From a bacterium (lineage in GTDB: Bacteria; Patescibacteriota; Dojkabacteria; SC72; WJKH01): DNA of 64,000 bases. Shown one piece after another: positions 1-8,851 of the stretch. Each line of letters opens with the position of its first letter. The first letter of the stretch is position 1. The notes beneath the pieces were generated by a model. That model worked only from the letters and a program-made list of their open reading frames with translations, ran no database searches and had not been told where the DNA came from. The stretch spans positions 4,459-68,458 of the forward strand of contig JAKPPS010000042.1 in NCBI GenBank assembly GCA_029547225.1, written 5' to 3'. The position numbers and the translations under genes are program-made.

Positions 1-354
1 GTTGAAATTGCAAAAATCTATTCCAACCTTAATATCGTGATAGCTCATTATTTTTGGCCAGAGGTTGAATACTGTTATGATTTAACTTCTGATATTCCAA
101 ATATTTATTATGATACGAGTGGTTTAGGAGATGATGAGGTTATTACTGAAACAGGCTTAGAAAAGATAAAAGATGTCATCATCAAAACTGTTCATAAAAA
201 ACCATATTCGTTTGTATTCGGTACTGATTATGCTATGTGTGATATAGAAAAACATATCAACCTAATCAACTGTTTAAATCTTACTTCTCAGGAAAAGGCA
301 AATATCTTTTCTAAAAATGCGATTAGTTTATTTAAAATTAAGGTTGACGAGTAG
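1..354 (+). CDS. Amidohydrolase-family (TIM-barrel metal hydrolase) protein, C-terminal part; the 5' end lies outside the window
   Basis: Frame 1 is open from base 1 into listed ORF 37..354 (VEIAKIYSNLNIVIAHYFWP...). The tail pattern DTSG...FGTDY...NA resembles amidohydrolase_2 C-termini. Confidence 0.45.
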   Translation, partial: VEIAKIYSNLNIVIAHYFWPEVEYCYDLTSDIPNIYYDTSGLGDDEVITETGLEKIKDVIIKTVHKKPYSFVFGTDYAMCDIEKHINLINCLNLTSQEKANIFSKNAISLFKIKVDE

Positions 355-359
355 ATTAT

Positions 360-1202
360 ATGGAGAAAAATGATATTAACAAAATAGCTCAATATTTCAA
401 CATAGGAATAATTGAAAATATTGAACCTGTTAAGAGTGGTATTTCGAACCAAAACTATTATCTAAAAACATCAAAAGGGCAATTTGTTGTGAAGTTCTTA
501 AAAAATCAAAGCATAGATTCAATTAAGAACGATATTTATATAAATAAACAGCTTAATAGAGTGAATATCAAGAGCCCTAAATATATTTTGTCGAATACCG
601 AAAATTATATTTATAGCAATGGTAAGATAAATGCAGTCGTTTCAAAAAAGTTAGATGGGGAAAACTCTAATGTAATTAGTGATGAATTGGCATATTCCTA
701 TGGATATACTCTTGTACTGTTTCATACGAATGTTAGAAGTCTTCCTTTCAACAACAGTTTAGGACTAATGAATCCGCAAATATCAAAAATTAAGACCGAA
801 ATATTTGATAAACATTTGCCTACAGGGATTATTCATGGAGATTTTCATTCAGGTAATGCATTGGTCAATTCTAAAGAACCAAATAAAATATCCGCTATGC
901 TTGATTTTGAAGAATCTGGGGAAAACTTGTTTCTCGTTGATTTAGCTTTGACGGTAATGGGCGTATGTTCAAAAGATAATGATTCAGTAGATAAAGTTTT
1001 AATTGAATCGACAATTAGGGGTTATCAATGTATTCGGAAATTGACTCACTTAGAAATTGAATGTTTTAATGATGCTATAAACTATGTGGCGAATGCGTGG
1101 ATTAATTGGTTTGTAGCGAATGGATATGAAAAATACTCAACAAGACATCATAATAAGCTCAATATATTTAATGAAGTTAAAGGTCAAATTATTTTTAAGT
1201 AA
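360..1202 (+). CDS. Phosphotransferase of the APH/choline-kinase/homoserine-kinase-II family
   Basis: 280-aa ORF with catalytic-loop motif IIHGDFHSGNALV (HGDxxxxN) and a downstream DFEESG (DFG-like) motif. Confidence 0.7.
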   Translation: MEKNDINKIAQYFNIGIIENIEPVKSGISNQNYYLKTSKGQFVVKFLKNQSIDSIKNDIYINKQLNRVNIKSPKYILSNTENYIYSNGKINAVVSKKLDGENSNVISDELAYSYGYTLVLFHTNVRSLPFNNSLGLMNPQISKIKTEIFDKHLPTGIIHGDFHSGNALVNSKEPNKISAMLDFEESGENLFLVDLALTVMGVCSKDNDSVDKVLIESTIRGYQCIRKLTHLEIECFNDAINYVANAWINWFVANGYEKYSTRHHNKLNIFNEVKGQIIFK

Positions 1203-1268
1203 TAGGTGTAATTAATACAAAAAGAGTATCATTGATAAAAATCAAGATACATTTATTTACGAAATACT

Positions 1269-2039
1269 ATGAATGATATTAATATCGGTGAACAAGGGAG
1301 ATTAAGATTTACGAATTTTGTGAAAGCAATTGATGAGATTGTAAAAGGTGGAACGGTTGATCATTTGGTCTCAGGAGGTAATAGCGGAATATCATTGTCT
1401 GAAATTACCTTAATGATACTTGAGTTACTTGATTGCAAAACTCCGTCTGTACTTCGTGTTCCTTTCTATAGATATTACCCTCCGCATAGGGACGATGAAA
1501 ATTTTAAATTCGATCCAAAATATTACAAAGAACAGATAAACGAATATATTATGAATACTCGAAAAGCAGGTACGTTTTTATTTGTTGATGATGAAATATG
1601 TCAGGGGAATACTGCATTAGGGATTAAAAGATTGTTAGACGAATGTCTACAGGAGAACCATATCCCAAGAATGGATAAATATTATATTGTAGCTGAGGAT
1701 CAAGGTTTTAGAGTTCCTAGTGATCTATCGAATATTATTTTCAAACCAATTGCAAAGGAGATAGATGGATACAATAATTTGATATTCACATTCATTCCCT
1801 ACGAGTTTGAAAAACCTCTTGTAGATTATTTTGGTGATGATGAAAAGCTCGCCTTCCACATAAGAGCAAACTTGCTTCTTAATTTACCTGTTAAGGAATT
1901 TAGCAATGGAAGTCCGATGTTCTCAACAATTCTTTTAGATCAAGCTAAAGCCAATATCAAAGACTTTCAATTATTGCAAAATAGATTTCGAGATTATGTA
2001 AAAGGGGAAATTTCTAAAATTTTGTTTTCGAATAACTAA
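1269..2039 (+). CDS. Hypothetical protein with phosphoribosyltransferase-like motif
   Basis: 256-aa ORF. FLFVDDEICQGNTA resembles the PRPP-binding loop (hydrophobic x4-DD-x-x-x-G-x-T) of type I PRTases. Confidence 0.35.
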   Translation: MNDINIGEQGRLRFTNFVKAIDEIVKGGTVDHLVSGGNSGISLSEITLMILELLDCKTPSVLRVPFYRYYPPHRDDENFKFDPKYYKEQINEYIMNTRKAGTFLFVDDEICQGNTALGIKRLLDECLQENHIPRMDKYYIVAEDQGFRVPSDLSNIIFKPIAKEIDGYNNLIFTFIPYEFEKPLVDYFGDDEKLAFHIRANLLLNLPVKEFSNGSPMFSTILLDQAKANIKDFQLLQNRFRDYVKGEISKILFSNN

Positions 2040-2098
2040 TACTTTTTTCCCAGCTTTGTTAGAACAAAAATTAATATATAAACTGGGAAAAAAAGTAT
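2039..2098. repeat. Long inverted repeat (about 15-bp arms, about 29-nt spacer) directly after the stop of ORF 1269..2039
   Basis: ATACTTTTTTCCCAG (2039-2053) is complementary to CTGGGAAAAAAAGTAT (2083-2098), with one extra A. The spacer holds an inner TTTGTT/AACAAA mini-hairpin. Confidence 0.5.
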
Positions 2099-2704
2099 CC
2101 AACCAATACACCCAAAATTTTTAAAACTAGAACTTCTATATATTTTAGCTCCTCTACCTTTTCTATAATACATGTTTACCCTTTATTGATAACTTAAATG
2201 GCGGTTCGAGCAATGCCAACTCCCCTCAAAATGAAAATAGACAGAAAATCCATTTTGAAAAATATTTTTTATGCAAATATCAATACTTTTCAGCATTCCT
2301 GTTGTCATAAATAACTGTAAACCATTGTTATATAAGCATTCCCCCATAAACTAGGTTGGAATAATGAAATTAGTTTTGACAGAGAACAATTTTTGATTAA
2401 AATCAGTAGTCCAGTTGAAAGATAGCCTTGGTAAACGTATACTTGTGAATGGATACTTAGTGAAATGGTTCTTGAGTTTGTCCAAGACCCCCAACCAGTT
2501 TTTCACATTTTTAAGACCACGTTAAAGCCTTGAATTAATAAGTTATTTCAATTTCGAATCGGTTCGGAGTCCTAATTGCTAGGTTAGTGTTCATATACGA
2601 TTCCACCTGTGTTAATGGTATTTTCATAAGTTCGAATCCAAGTTACTATGCAACCTGTACAGAGTATATGGTTGACTGTATATTGCATCGGTTCGAGCCG
2701 TAGA
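2050..2704 (+). repeat. Modular intergenic element, copy 1 (long form, most diverged)
   Basis: The core block is CCAGTTGAAAGATAGCC...GTCCAAGACCCCCAACCA at 2411-2497. A roughly 190-nt 3' module is shared with copy 2. The element ends in TATGGTTGACTGTATA...GGTTCGAGCCGTAG at about 2668-2701. Confidence 0.7.
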
Positions 2705-2989
2705 TTACCGACACTTTTTAACTTGTGCTTTGGTTCGAGCTCGTTTTATGTCTAATTCATAAGCATTTCTTCTTTCTTGCTCTTTTGCTTGTAATGAAAA
2801 TTCCTCAAACCAAACTTCATATTTATCGCCATATTTTTCTTTTTTGCGTTTGTAGAAGTTTTGAATGACTGTTCCAAAATTAGTAAGGCGTTCAGCAATA
2901 AGTTCAACTTCTTCGTTGGGAAGAGGGCGATTGTACCGTTTATCGAAAATCATACGAATTAGATCGAGGTACTCGTGTGAAAAGTTCAT
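2705..2989 (-). CDS. Small conserved basic protein of unknown function (paralog of 6655..6933)
   Basis: Most residues are shared by eye with ORF 6655..6933 (MNFSHEYLDLIRMIFDKRYNR...KRKKEKYGDKYEVWFEEF...RARTK). I place the start at ATG 2989, which overlaps the upstream stop as ATGA. The ORF track starts at 3013. Confidence 0.6.
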   Translation of the reverse strand: MNFSHEYLDLIRMIFDKRYNRPLPNEEVELIAERLTNFGTVIQNFYKRKKEKYGDKYEVWFEEFSLQAKEQERRNAYELDIKRARTKAQVKKCR

Positions 2990-3936
2990 ATCCGGATTTC
3001 TTTTTCTAACCAATCAAATGTAGTGCCATTGTGTCTATCCCACCACATTTTTTCCCAAAGATAATGAACCGCTAAATGCTTGTATTTGCCAAATTTATTA
3101 ATATATTTCATCAACTTCTCAACAGGTAGTAATTCTTTATTAAAAAATAATCTTGAATATAACTTATGTTCCCATGGTGAGATATGTTCAAATACTTCCC
3201 AATGATGAAAAACATCAAATAGTAAATACCAAACTGTAGCAGGTCCTACACCATATAACGCTAGAAGAGTTTTTTTCTGAGTGATTAAATCCTTTCCCCT
3301 CAGTTCAAACTCATTTATTAGACCTTGTGAAAATTGCTGATCAATTTTAATTATGGATTTTGCTCTATATCCAATCTTTAGATCTCTCAGTTCTTGCTCG
3401 TCAATTTTAGAAAATCTACCAATATCCCACAGACAGAGTAATTTCTTTCCATCAAACTCTAACTCAGTTCCATAGTTTGATAATAAATTTCGAAACATTT
3501 GAATTGATCGACGGACAGAAGCATTTTGCAAAATTATTCCAATTATTAGATATTCATATAGTGAGCTTGGGTGACCAGGTCTCATTCCAATTAGTTCATT
3601 TATTGCAATATCGAGGAGTTTGTCTTTTATTGCTAATTTATAGAATTCATCTAAATCTAAATTTAAGTTGTATCTATAAATTATTTCATTTTTTAAACTT
3701 TCAATAAATTCAAAAGTGGGTTCTTGAATTGAAAAGACTGTAACTTTAATCCCAGGTGAAGCATCTTCATACTTGATACCAAGCATTTGACCTTCCCAGT
3801 TCATTGTCTGCCACCTTACACCTTTTTCATAAATATGATCATCGGTTGTGAAATGGTCAGGTTTAAAAAATGTTGCATCAAAATTAAATGGGGAAATTGG
3901 TCTTATAGAAATTGTTTTTGATTTATTCAACTGCAT
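2986..3936 (-). CDS. HhH-GPD superfamily DNA glycosylase (AlkA/Ogg-like)
   Basis: 316-aa ORF. The helix-hairpin-helix motif LLALYGVGPATVWYLL is followed by a conserved acidic region. Confidence 0.65.
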   Translation of the reverse strand: MQLNKSKTISIRPISPFNFDATFFKPDHFTTDDHIYEKGVRWQTMNWEGQMLGIKYEDASPGIKVTVFSIQEPTFEFIESLKNEIIYRYNLNLDLDEFYKLAIKDKLLDIAINELIGMRPGHPSSLYEYLIIGIILQNASVRRSIQMFRNLLSNYGTELEFDGKKLLCLWDIGRFSKIDEQELRDLKIGYRAKSIIKIDQQFSQGLINEFELRGKDLITQKKTLLALYGVGPATVWYLLFDVFHHWEVFEHISPWEHKLYSRLFFNKELLPVEKLMKYINKFGKYKHLAVHYLWEKMWWDRHNGTTFDWLEKEIRI

Positions 3937-3937
3937 A

Positions 3938-4369
3938 TTAATGATTCCCTAAATGATCAGGCCATGGATATGGCATTAGTTCAGATATCGGAATTTGTTT
4001 AATCTCATTATTTTCTTCAATAATTACTACTGTATCAATTTTGCTTCTAATTGAACTTTCCCAAATCAACTGTTTGCAATTATGACAGTTCGGTCCAGTA
4101 ATCGCTATAATCTCTGTTTCACCATCATTTGCAGACTTGGCTAGTGCAACAGCTTCACTGTGCATTGTTAAGTTATGAGTATCTGAAACATAACTTGCAC
4201 CGTAATAGATTTTGCCATTTTTTGTGAGTAGAGCTACTGCAAAGCCCTTGTTTTTTTCAGGATATGTAAATTTCATAGCTTTTTGGGCTTCTCTCAACAA
4301 CTCCTTACATTCTTCAATGTCTAATAGGTAAACATCAAATCCATTTGTGTTTTTTCCTTTAATTTTCAT
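3938..4369 (-). CDS. Cytidine deaminase-fold zinc deaminase (cytidine or blasticidin-S deaminase-like)
   Basis: 143-aa ORF with HSEAVAL (H/C-x-E) and PNCHNCKQL (PCxxC) zinc-binding motifs. Confidence 0.7.
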   Translation of the reverse strand: MKIKGKNTNGFDVYLLDIEECKELLREAQKAMKFTYPEKNKGFAVALLTKNGKIYYGASYVSDTHNLTMHSEAVALAKSANDGETEIIAITGPNCHNCKQLIWESSIRSKIDTVVIIEENNEIKQIPISELMPYPWPDHLGNH

Positions 4370-4374
4370 ATTAC

Positions 4375-4764
4375 TTATTCCTCAAATTTTTCAGATAATT
4401 CCCAGATGTAGCCTTCAATATCTCTAAAATAAGCAACCTTTTGCCCCCATGGTGTAGTTTTAGGATCTTGAATGAATTCAACGCCTTTCCCTTTAAGCTC
4501 TTTAGTGGCAATTTTTACGTCATCTACTTCAACTGCGAATATGTTTGAAGGCTTATCATCTGATGAGAAGTTGTTGAAACCGCACATGCCTTCAAGTGTT
4601 TCTTTTGTTAATAGGGCTATTACAAGTTCTCCCAGTTTAACTTCTGCAAACTTGTTTTCTTTGTCTATTGTTTTAACGGAAAGACCAAGTACATTAGTAT
4701 AAAAATCAAACGCTTTGTCAAAATCGTTTATTCTTATTCCTACTGCCATATATTTATTAAACAT
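4375..4764 (-). CDS. VOC (glyoxalase/bleomycin-resistance/dioxygenase) family protein
   Basis: 129-aa ORF. Its size and sequence pattern (GIRINDFDKAFDFYTNVLG...GYIWEL) are typical of the VOC fold. Confidence 0.65.
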   Translation of the reverse strand: MFNKYMAVGIRINDFDKAFDFYTNVLGLSVKTIDKENKFAEVKLGELVIALLTKETLEGMCGFNNFSSDDKPSNIFAVEVDDVKIATKELKGKGVEFIQDPKTTPWGQKVAYFRDIEGYIWELSEKFEE

Positions 4765-4782
4765 TTTATTGAAAATAATAAT

Positions 4783-5382
4783 TTAAGATAAAGGAATTTG
4801 TGATTGTGGTAATTTTACTGAATTACCATAATCCTTTACTGTTTTAACAAAAGAATCGTCTTTATTGCTCCCATTAAAGATCTTATTCCGAAAAACTATG
4901 TAAACTTCATCTTTAAAAGATAAATCTGCCCACCAATTTGGAAGTTTCAAATATTTGCTTAGCAAAGTCACAACTTCTTCAATCTTTGCTCTTGTAACCT
5001 CAACTTGATGCAATGTCCATGTAGGTTCTCCTGCATTAGTACTTGGATTATCATCTTGTTCAATTTTTGTTTCGGTAATTTTACATAGTTTTAGCAATTC
5101 TTTGTTTTCTAAGCTTTCCTCAATAATACAACCTTTGAAAATTTGTCCCCAGACTTCACCTTCTAATAACCATTTCTCGGCGGTTTGTTTTCTGTCGTTT
5201 TCAGATATTTCAGGGTGATCTGATTGAATATAATCTAACATACCCTTTAGAACTTCGTCATAGCACTTGAGATTTCCTTTTTTATCAACACAATAAGGAC
5301 AAAAACCATCTTTAATTATCTCTTCAGGTTTGTAGTCACTTAAAGGTCCACTACATGACCTACATAGTTTTGGCTTGTCCAT
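4783..5382 (-). CDS. Hypothetical protein with N-terminal CxxC...CxxC zinc ribbon
   Basis: 199-aa ORF starting MDKPKLCRSCSGPL...FCPYCVD. I recognise no family for the remainder. Confidence 0.4.
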   Translation of the reverse strand: MDKPKLCRSCSGPLSDYKPEEIIKDGFCPYCVDKKGNLKCYDEVLKGMLDYIQSDHPEISENDRKQTAEKWLLEGEVWGQIFKGCIIEESLENKELLKLCKITETKIEQDDNPSTNAGEPTWTLHQVEVTRAKIEEVVTLLSKYLKLPNWWADLSFKDEVYIVFRNKIFNGSNKDDSFVKTVKDYGNSVKLPQSQIPLS

Positions 5383-5383
5383 A

Positions 5384-5953
5384 TTATTTTAAAATTAATT
5401 TAAATAAATTATTAATCATCTTTTCAGGTTCAATTATTTCACCGTTGGCGAAATGAAGAATACCTGTTATATCGTTAGCAATTACAAACGAAGTTGCAAT
5501 TGATTTTGCATCAACCGATTTAAACTCTCCTTGCACAATTCCTTCATTAATGATTTCTGCAACAAAGGTTATATAGTTACTAATGTATTCTGTTGCAACA
5601 TGTGTTCGTAAATCATTATGGGAGCTTAACAAAAGTGCATATGTCATAAGGAATGAATCTCTATCTTGTTTAAGCATTAGACTATTTGCTTTGAATAACC
5701 TTATTAACTTTTCTTTTGGAGAGGATATATTTTTGAGGGCTTCCTTTATTTGGTTTATCCTTGTTTCTGCAGAAAATCTAATAGCGGAAATAAGTAAGTC
5801 ATCTTTGTTTTTGAAATGAAAATAAATACTTCCTTTTGCGACATCTGCTTCTTTAATAATGTCATCAACACTTGTTTTATCTAATCCTTTCTGAGCGATG
5901 ACTTTCGCTGTAGCTTCAAGAATGCTTTGTTTTGAAACTTTTTGGTATTTCAT
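5384..5953 (-). CDS. TetR/AcrR family transcriptional regulator
   Basis: 189-aa ORF. The N-terminal HTH region ILEATAKVIAQKGLDKTSVDDIIKEADVAKGSIYFHFKNKDDL is typical of TetR_N. Confidence 0.85.
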   Translation of the reverse strand: MKYQKVSKQSILEATAKVIAQKGLDKTSVDDIIKEADVAKGSIYFHFKNKDDLLISAIRFSAETRINQIKEALKNISSPKEKLIRLFKANSLMLKQDRDSFLMTYALLLSSHNDLRTHVATEYISNYITFVAEIINEGIVQGEFKSVDAKSIATSFVIANDITGILHFANGEIIEPEKMINNLFKLILK

Positions 5954-5964
5954 ATCTTTTATTA

Positions 5965-6006
5965 GACTAATTAGTCAATTATATACAGGTCTGACCGTTT
6001 AGTCAA
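5965..6006 (-). promoter_or_regulatory. Sigma70-type promoter with a palindromic candidate TetR operator, for the minus-strand operon 5953..2705
   Basis: On the minus strand, TTGACT (6006-6001), a 17-nt spacer and TATAAT (5983-5978). The perfect 12-nt palindrome GACTAATTAGTC (5965-5976) overlaps the expected transcription start. Confidence 0.65.
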
Positions 6007-6023
6007 ATCTATAATTGTTAGTT

Positions 6024-6647
6024 CCTCATTTTGTTCAGAACAAGGGAGTTGTACTTGGAGTACTTTTCAAAAAATATTTTTATGTTTTCACGCAAAGATC
6101 TTGTATCTATGGGTATTTTCATTGTATAGCTGACTATAAATAGCGTAATTATATTGATATTACGCACCTTTTGTACTTGTTAAGAAATTAGTTCTAATTG
6201 AGAATGAATTCAACTCAAAATACTCAACCCAGTTGAAAGAAAGCTGTGGAATACGTATACTTGAGAAGGGATTGAGATGGAAAAAGTTCCTGAGTTTGTC
6301 CAACTCTCTCAATTTGAGCCTGTGCAATGCACAGTTGCAAATTGATAAACTAAAATGAGAAACATTTCATGCGAAGCATGAGTGGGGAGCAAGGTCCTGT
6401 CCACTACAAAGTAGTGGCAGGAAATCCAGGTCCGGCAACCAGTTTTTCATATTTTTAATACCACGTTAAAGCCTTGATTTAATGGGCTATTTCAATTTCA
6501 AATCGGTTCGGAGTCCTAATTGCTAGGTTTATGTCGATATTCGATTTGGTTTGTCTAATAGGTACTTTTCAAAGTTCGAATCCATATCACTATGCAACTT
6601 GTACAGAGTATATGGTTGACTGTATATCGTAGTGGTTCGAGCCGTAG
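6024..6647 (+). repeat. Modular intergenic element, copy 2 (long form; hairpin insert at the variable site)
   Basis: The 5' block and core (about 6025-6310) are nearly identical to copy 3. Insert 6311-6435 holds three perfect hairpins. The 3' module and end, TATGGTTGACTGTATA..GGTTCGAGCCGTAG, are shared with copy 1. Confidence 0.8.
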
Positions 6648-6654
6648 AAAACCG

Positions 6655-6933
6655 TTACTTTTTTACTTTTGATTTGGTTCGAGCGCGTTTTATGCCTAAT
6701 TCGTAGGCATTTCGACTCTCCTCCTCTTTAGTTTTTTCTGAAAATTCCTCAAACCAGACTTCATATTTATCTCCGTATTTTTCTTTTTTGCGTTTGTAGA
6801 AATTTTGAATTACTATTCCGAAGTTTGTTAGGCGTTGGGCGAAAAGTTCCACTTCTTCATTGGTAAGAGATCGATTGTACCGTTTTTCAAAAATTTTACG
6901 GATCAAACCTATATATTCATCTGAAAATTTCAT
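6655..6933 (-). CDS. Small conserved basic protein of unknown function (paralog of 2705..2989)
   Basis: 92-aa ORF, MKFSDEYIGLIRKIFEKRYNR...KRKKEKYGDKYEVWFEEF...RARTK. It starts 13 nt after the alaS stop. Confidence 0.6.
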   Translation of the reverse strand: MKFSDEYIGLIRKIFEKRYNRSLTNEEVELFAQRLTNFGIVIQNFYKRKKEKYGDKYEVWFEEFSEKTKEEESRNAYELGIKRARTKSKVKK

Positions 6934-6946
6934 ATGAATAAGATTT

Positions 6947-8851
6947 TTAAACTAGTGAAGCTTTAATACGCAATATACCACTTCCGATTTTTTCTTGGTT
7001 CAAGATCTTGAATCTTTTTCCATCTGAAACAATTTCATTTGTATTCTGAACATGAGGTCCACCACAAAATTCGGCTGATAAGTAGTCTTTCCTAGAAGCA
7101 TCATTAATATTTACGTTTTCTCTAAGTCCAATAACAAATACAGAAACGGTATCAGGATACTTTTGGCCAAACTCATGTTCAGCACCAATTCGTTCAGCTT
7201 CATTTTTTGGTAGATCAAACTTGTCAACGGAAATTCCTTCGTTGATTTTCTCACTTACAGTTAATTCTATCGTTTGTATTTCATCTTGAGTAATTTTTCT
7301 ATCAAGATTAATATCCAGCCTCAGTCTTTCTGGTGTTATGTTACTGCCTTTTTGATGTATCTCGTCACTAATTGTCAGTTGCAAAGTTCTAAGTAATAAA
7401 TGCTGAAGTGTATGGAGTTTCGTAGTTTCTTCAGAACTATCTGATAATCCACCTTTGAATTTTCCAATTGATGAGTTTCTAGATAGTTCTTGATGTTTTC
7501 GCATACACTCATTAAAGTCGTCTATAATTGTTAGCCTATCCTTTCCATTGACATCCAATGCTTCTAATGAAAGTTCACAAGGAAACCCATAAGTTTCGAA
7601 AATGTAAAACAAGTCCCTACCAGTGATTACTTCTTTTTCTTCACTAAGTTCTTCAATTTTCCTTAGTCCTTTATCAAGAGTTTTATTAAACTTCTCAATT
7701 TCGGAACTCAAAATCTCGCAAATAGACTCTAGTTGACTCTCAAAATGAGTATATTGCAATTTATATGTCTCGAAGAAACTTGTGCCTAATTCGATAATAA
7801 AAGACTTTTCTATACCCAAGACTTTGCCAGATCGCATTACTCTTCGAATTAACCGTCTAAGAATATATCCTCTATCTTTATTACTTGGAATTACGCCATC
7901 TGTTAGTAGGAAAATAATTCCCCTCATATGGTCGAGAATTATACGCAGGTTTTTTATTTCCTCTTTGGTACTGTCTTGAAAAGATTTTCCCGAGAGTTCC
8001 TCTAATAAAGTCCTTTGTGTATCGAAAAGTTCAGTATCATAAACCGAATACTTCATATCTAACGAACCGTCACTTTCCTTAAATTGACTTATGAGTGTAA
8101 TTCTTTCAAATCCTCCACCAAAGTCAATATTCTTCTGAACAAGTGGAACATACGTTTTTTCTTTTGTTTTGTTGTACCCCATAAACACATTATTGGAGAT
8201 TTCAATAAACATATTTGAAGTATCCCAAGGGACAAAACGTCTAAAGTCAGGCTTTTCTTTGCCTCTCCAATAGAATAATTCAGAATCAGGACCACATGGA
8301 CCAGTTTCTCCTGCTGGCCCCCACCAATTTTCTGTTTTCAACAATGGAAAGATTCGAGTATTTTCATTGAAATCTTTGCCGTCCCAAACTTCCGGTTCTA
8401 TCCCGACCGAACGATATAGTTCTTTCCACTTTTCAATTGCAATTCTATCTAGTTCTACATCCGTGTTTCCGACAAATACTGTCGAATAAAGTCTTTTAGG
8501 ATCAAACTTTAGTTTGTTTACAAAATAGTCGAAAGTAATTTCAAGTGACAGTTCTTTGAAGTAATCTCCGAGTGACCAATAACCTAACATTTCAAACAAT
8601 GTATGATGAATCGTGTCTCCAACTTCTTCAATGTCATCAGTTCTGAAGCAACGTTGAACATTTACAAGTCTTTGACCTAATGGGTGCAATTCACCAAGAA
8701 GATATACAACTAAAGGATGCATACCTGCAGTAGTAAACAATACACTTGGGTCATTAACAGGAATTAAAGAAGAATTGGGGATTTCTTTGTGATTGTATTT
8801 TTGAACTAGAAGATTGATAAAATCTTCTTTTATTGATTTTGATAAATTCAT
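6947..8851 (-). CDS. alaS: Alanine--tRNA ligase, short form lacking the C-terminal C-Ala domain
   Basis: The N-terminus (FTTAGMHPL...RCFRTDDIEEVGD..HHTLFEMLGYWSLGDYFK) matches the AlaRS class II core. The editing-domain motif CGGPHV lies near the C-terminus. The ORF is only 634 aa. Confidence 0.9.
   Translation of the reverse strand: MNLSKSIKEDFINLLVQKYNHKEIPNSSLIPVNDPSVLFTTAGMHPLVVYLLGELHPLGQRLVNVQRCFRTDDIEEVGDTIHHTLFEMLGYWSLGDYFKELSLEITFDYFVNKLKFDPKRLYSTVFVGNTDVELDRIAIEKWKELYRSVGIEPEVWDGKDFNENTRIFPLLKTENWWGPAGETGPCGPDSELFYWRGKEKPDFRRFVPWDTSNMFIEISNNVFMGYNKTKEKTYVPLVQKNIDFGGGFERITLISQFKESDGSLDMKYSVYDTELFDTQRTLLEELSGKSFQDSTKEEIKNLRIILDHMRGIIFLLTDGVIPSNKDRGYILRRLIRRVMRSGKVLGIEKSFIIELGTSFFETYKLQYTHFESQLESICEILSSEIEKFNKTLDKGLRKIEELSEEKEVITGRDLFYIFETYGFPCELSLEALDVNGKDRLTIIDDFNECMRKHQELSRNSSIGKFKGGLSDSSEETTKLHTLQHLLLRTLQLTISDEIHQKGSNITPERLRLDINLDRKITQDEIQTIELTVSEKINEGISVDKFDLPKNEAERIGAEHEFGQKYPDTVSVFVIGLRENVNINDASRKDYLSAEFCGGPHVQNTNEIVSDGKRFKILNQEKIGSGILRIKASLV

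Noticed and set aside
2500-2700. tRNA-like pieces (GGTTCGAATCC-, GGTTCGGAGTCC- and GGTTCGAGCC-type T-arm look-alikes) in the 3' modules of copies 1 and 2, also at 6440-6647.
   Set aside because: I could not build an acceptor stem, D arm or anticodon arm around any of them. The flanking bases do not form the 5-bp T stem either.
2690-2705. GAGCCGTA(G/T) at the element 3' ends resembles the 5' strand of group II intron domain V.
   Set aside because: There is no complementary ACGGUUC 3' strand downstream, no domain VI bulged A, no IEP/RT ORF and no GUGYG-like 5' end.
6421-6441. CCAGGTCCGG resembles the SRP (4.5S) RNA helix 8 motif.
   Set aside because: The following GGAAGCAGC-type sequence and the complementary strand of the SRP domain IV are absent.
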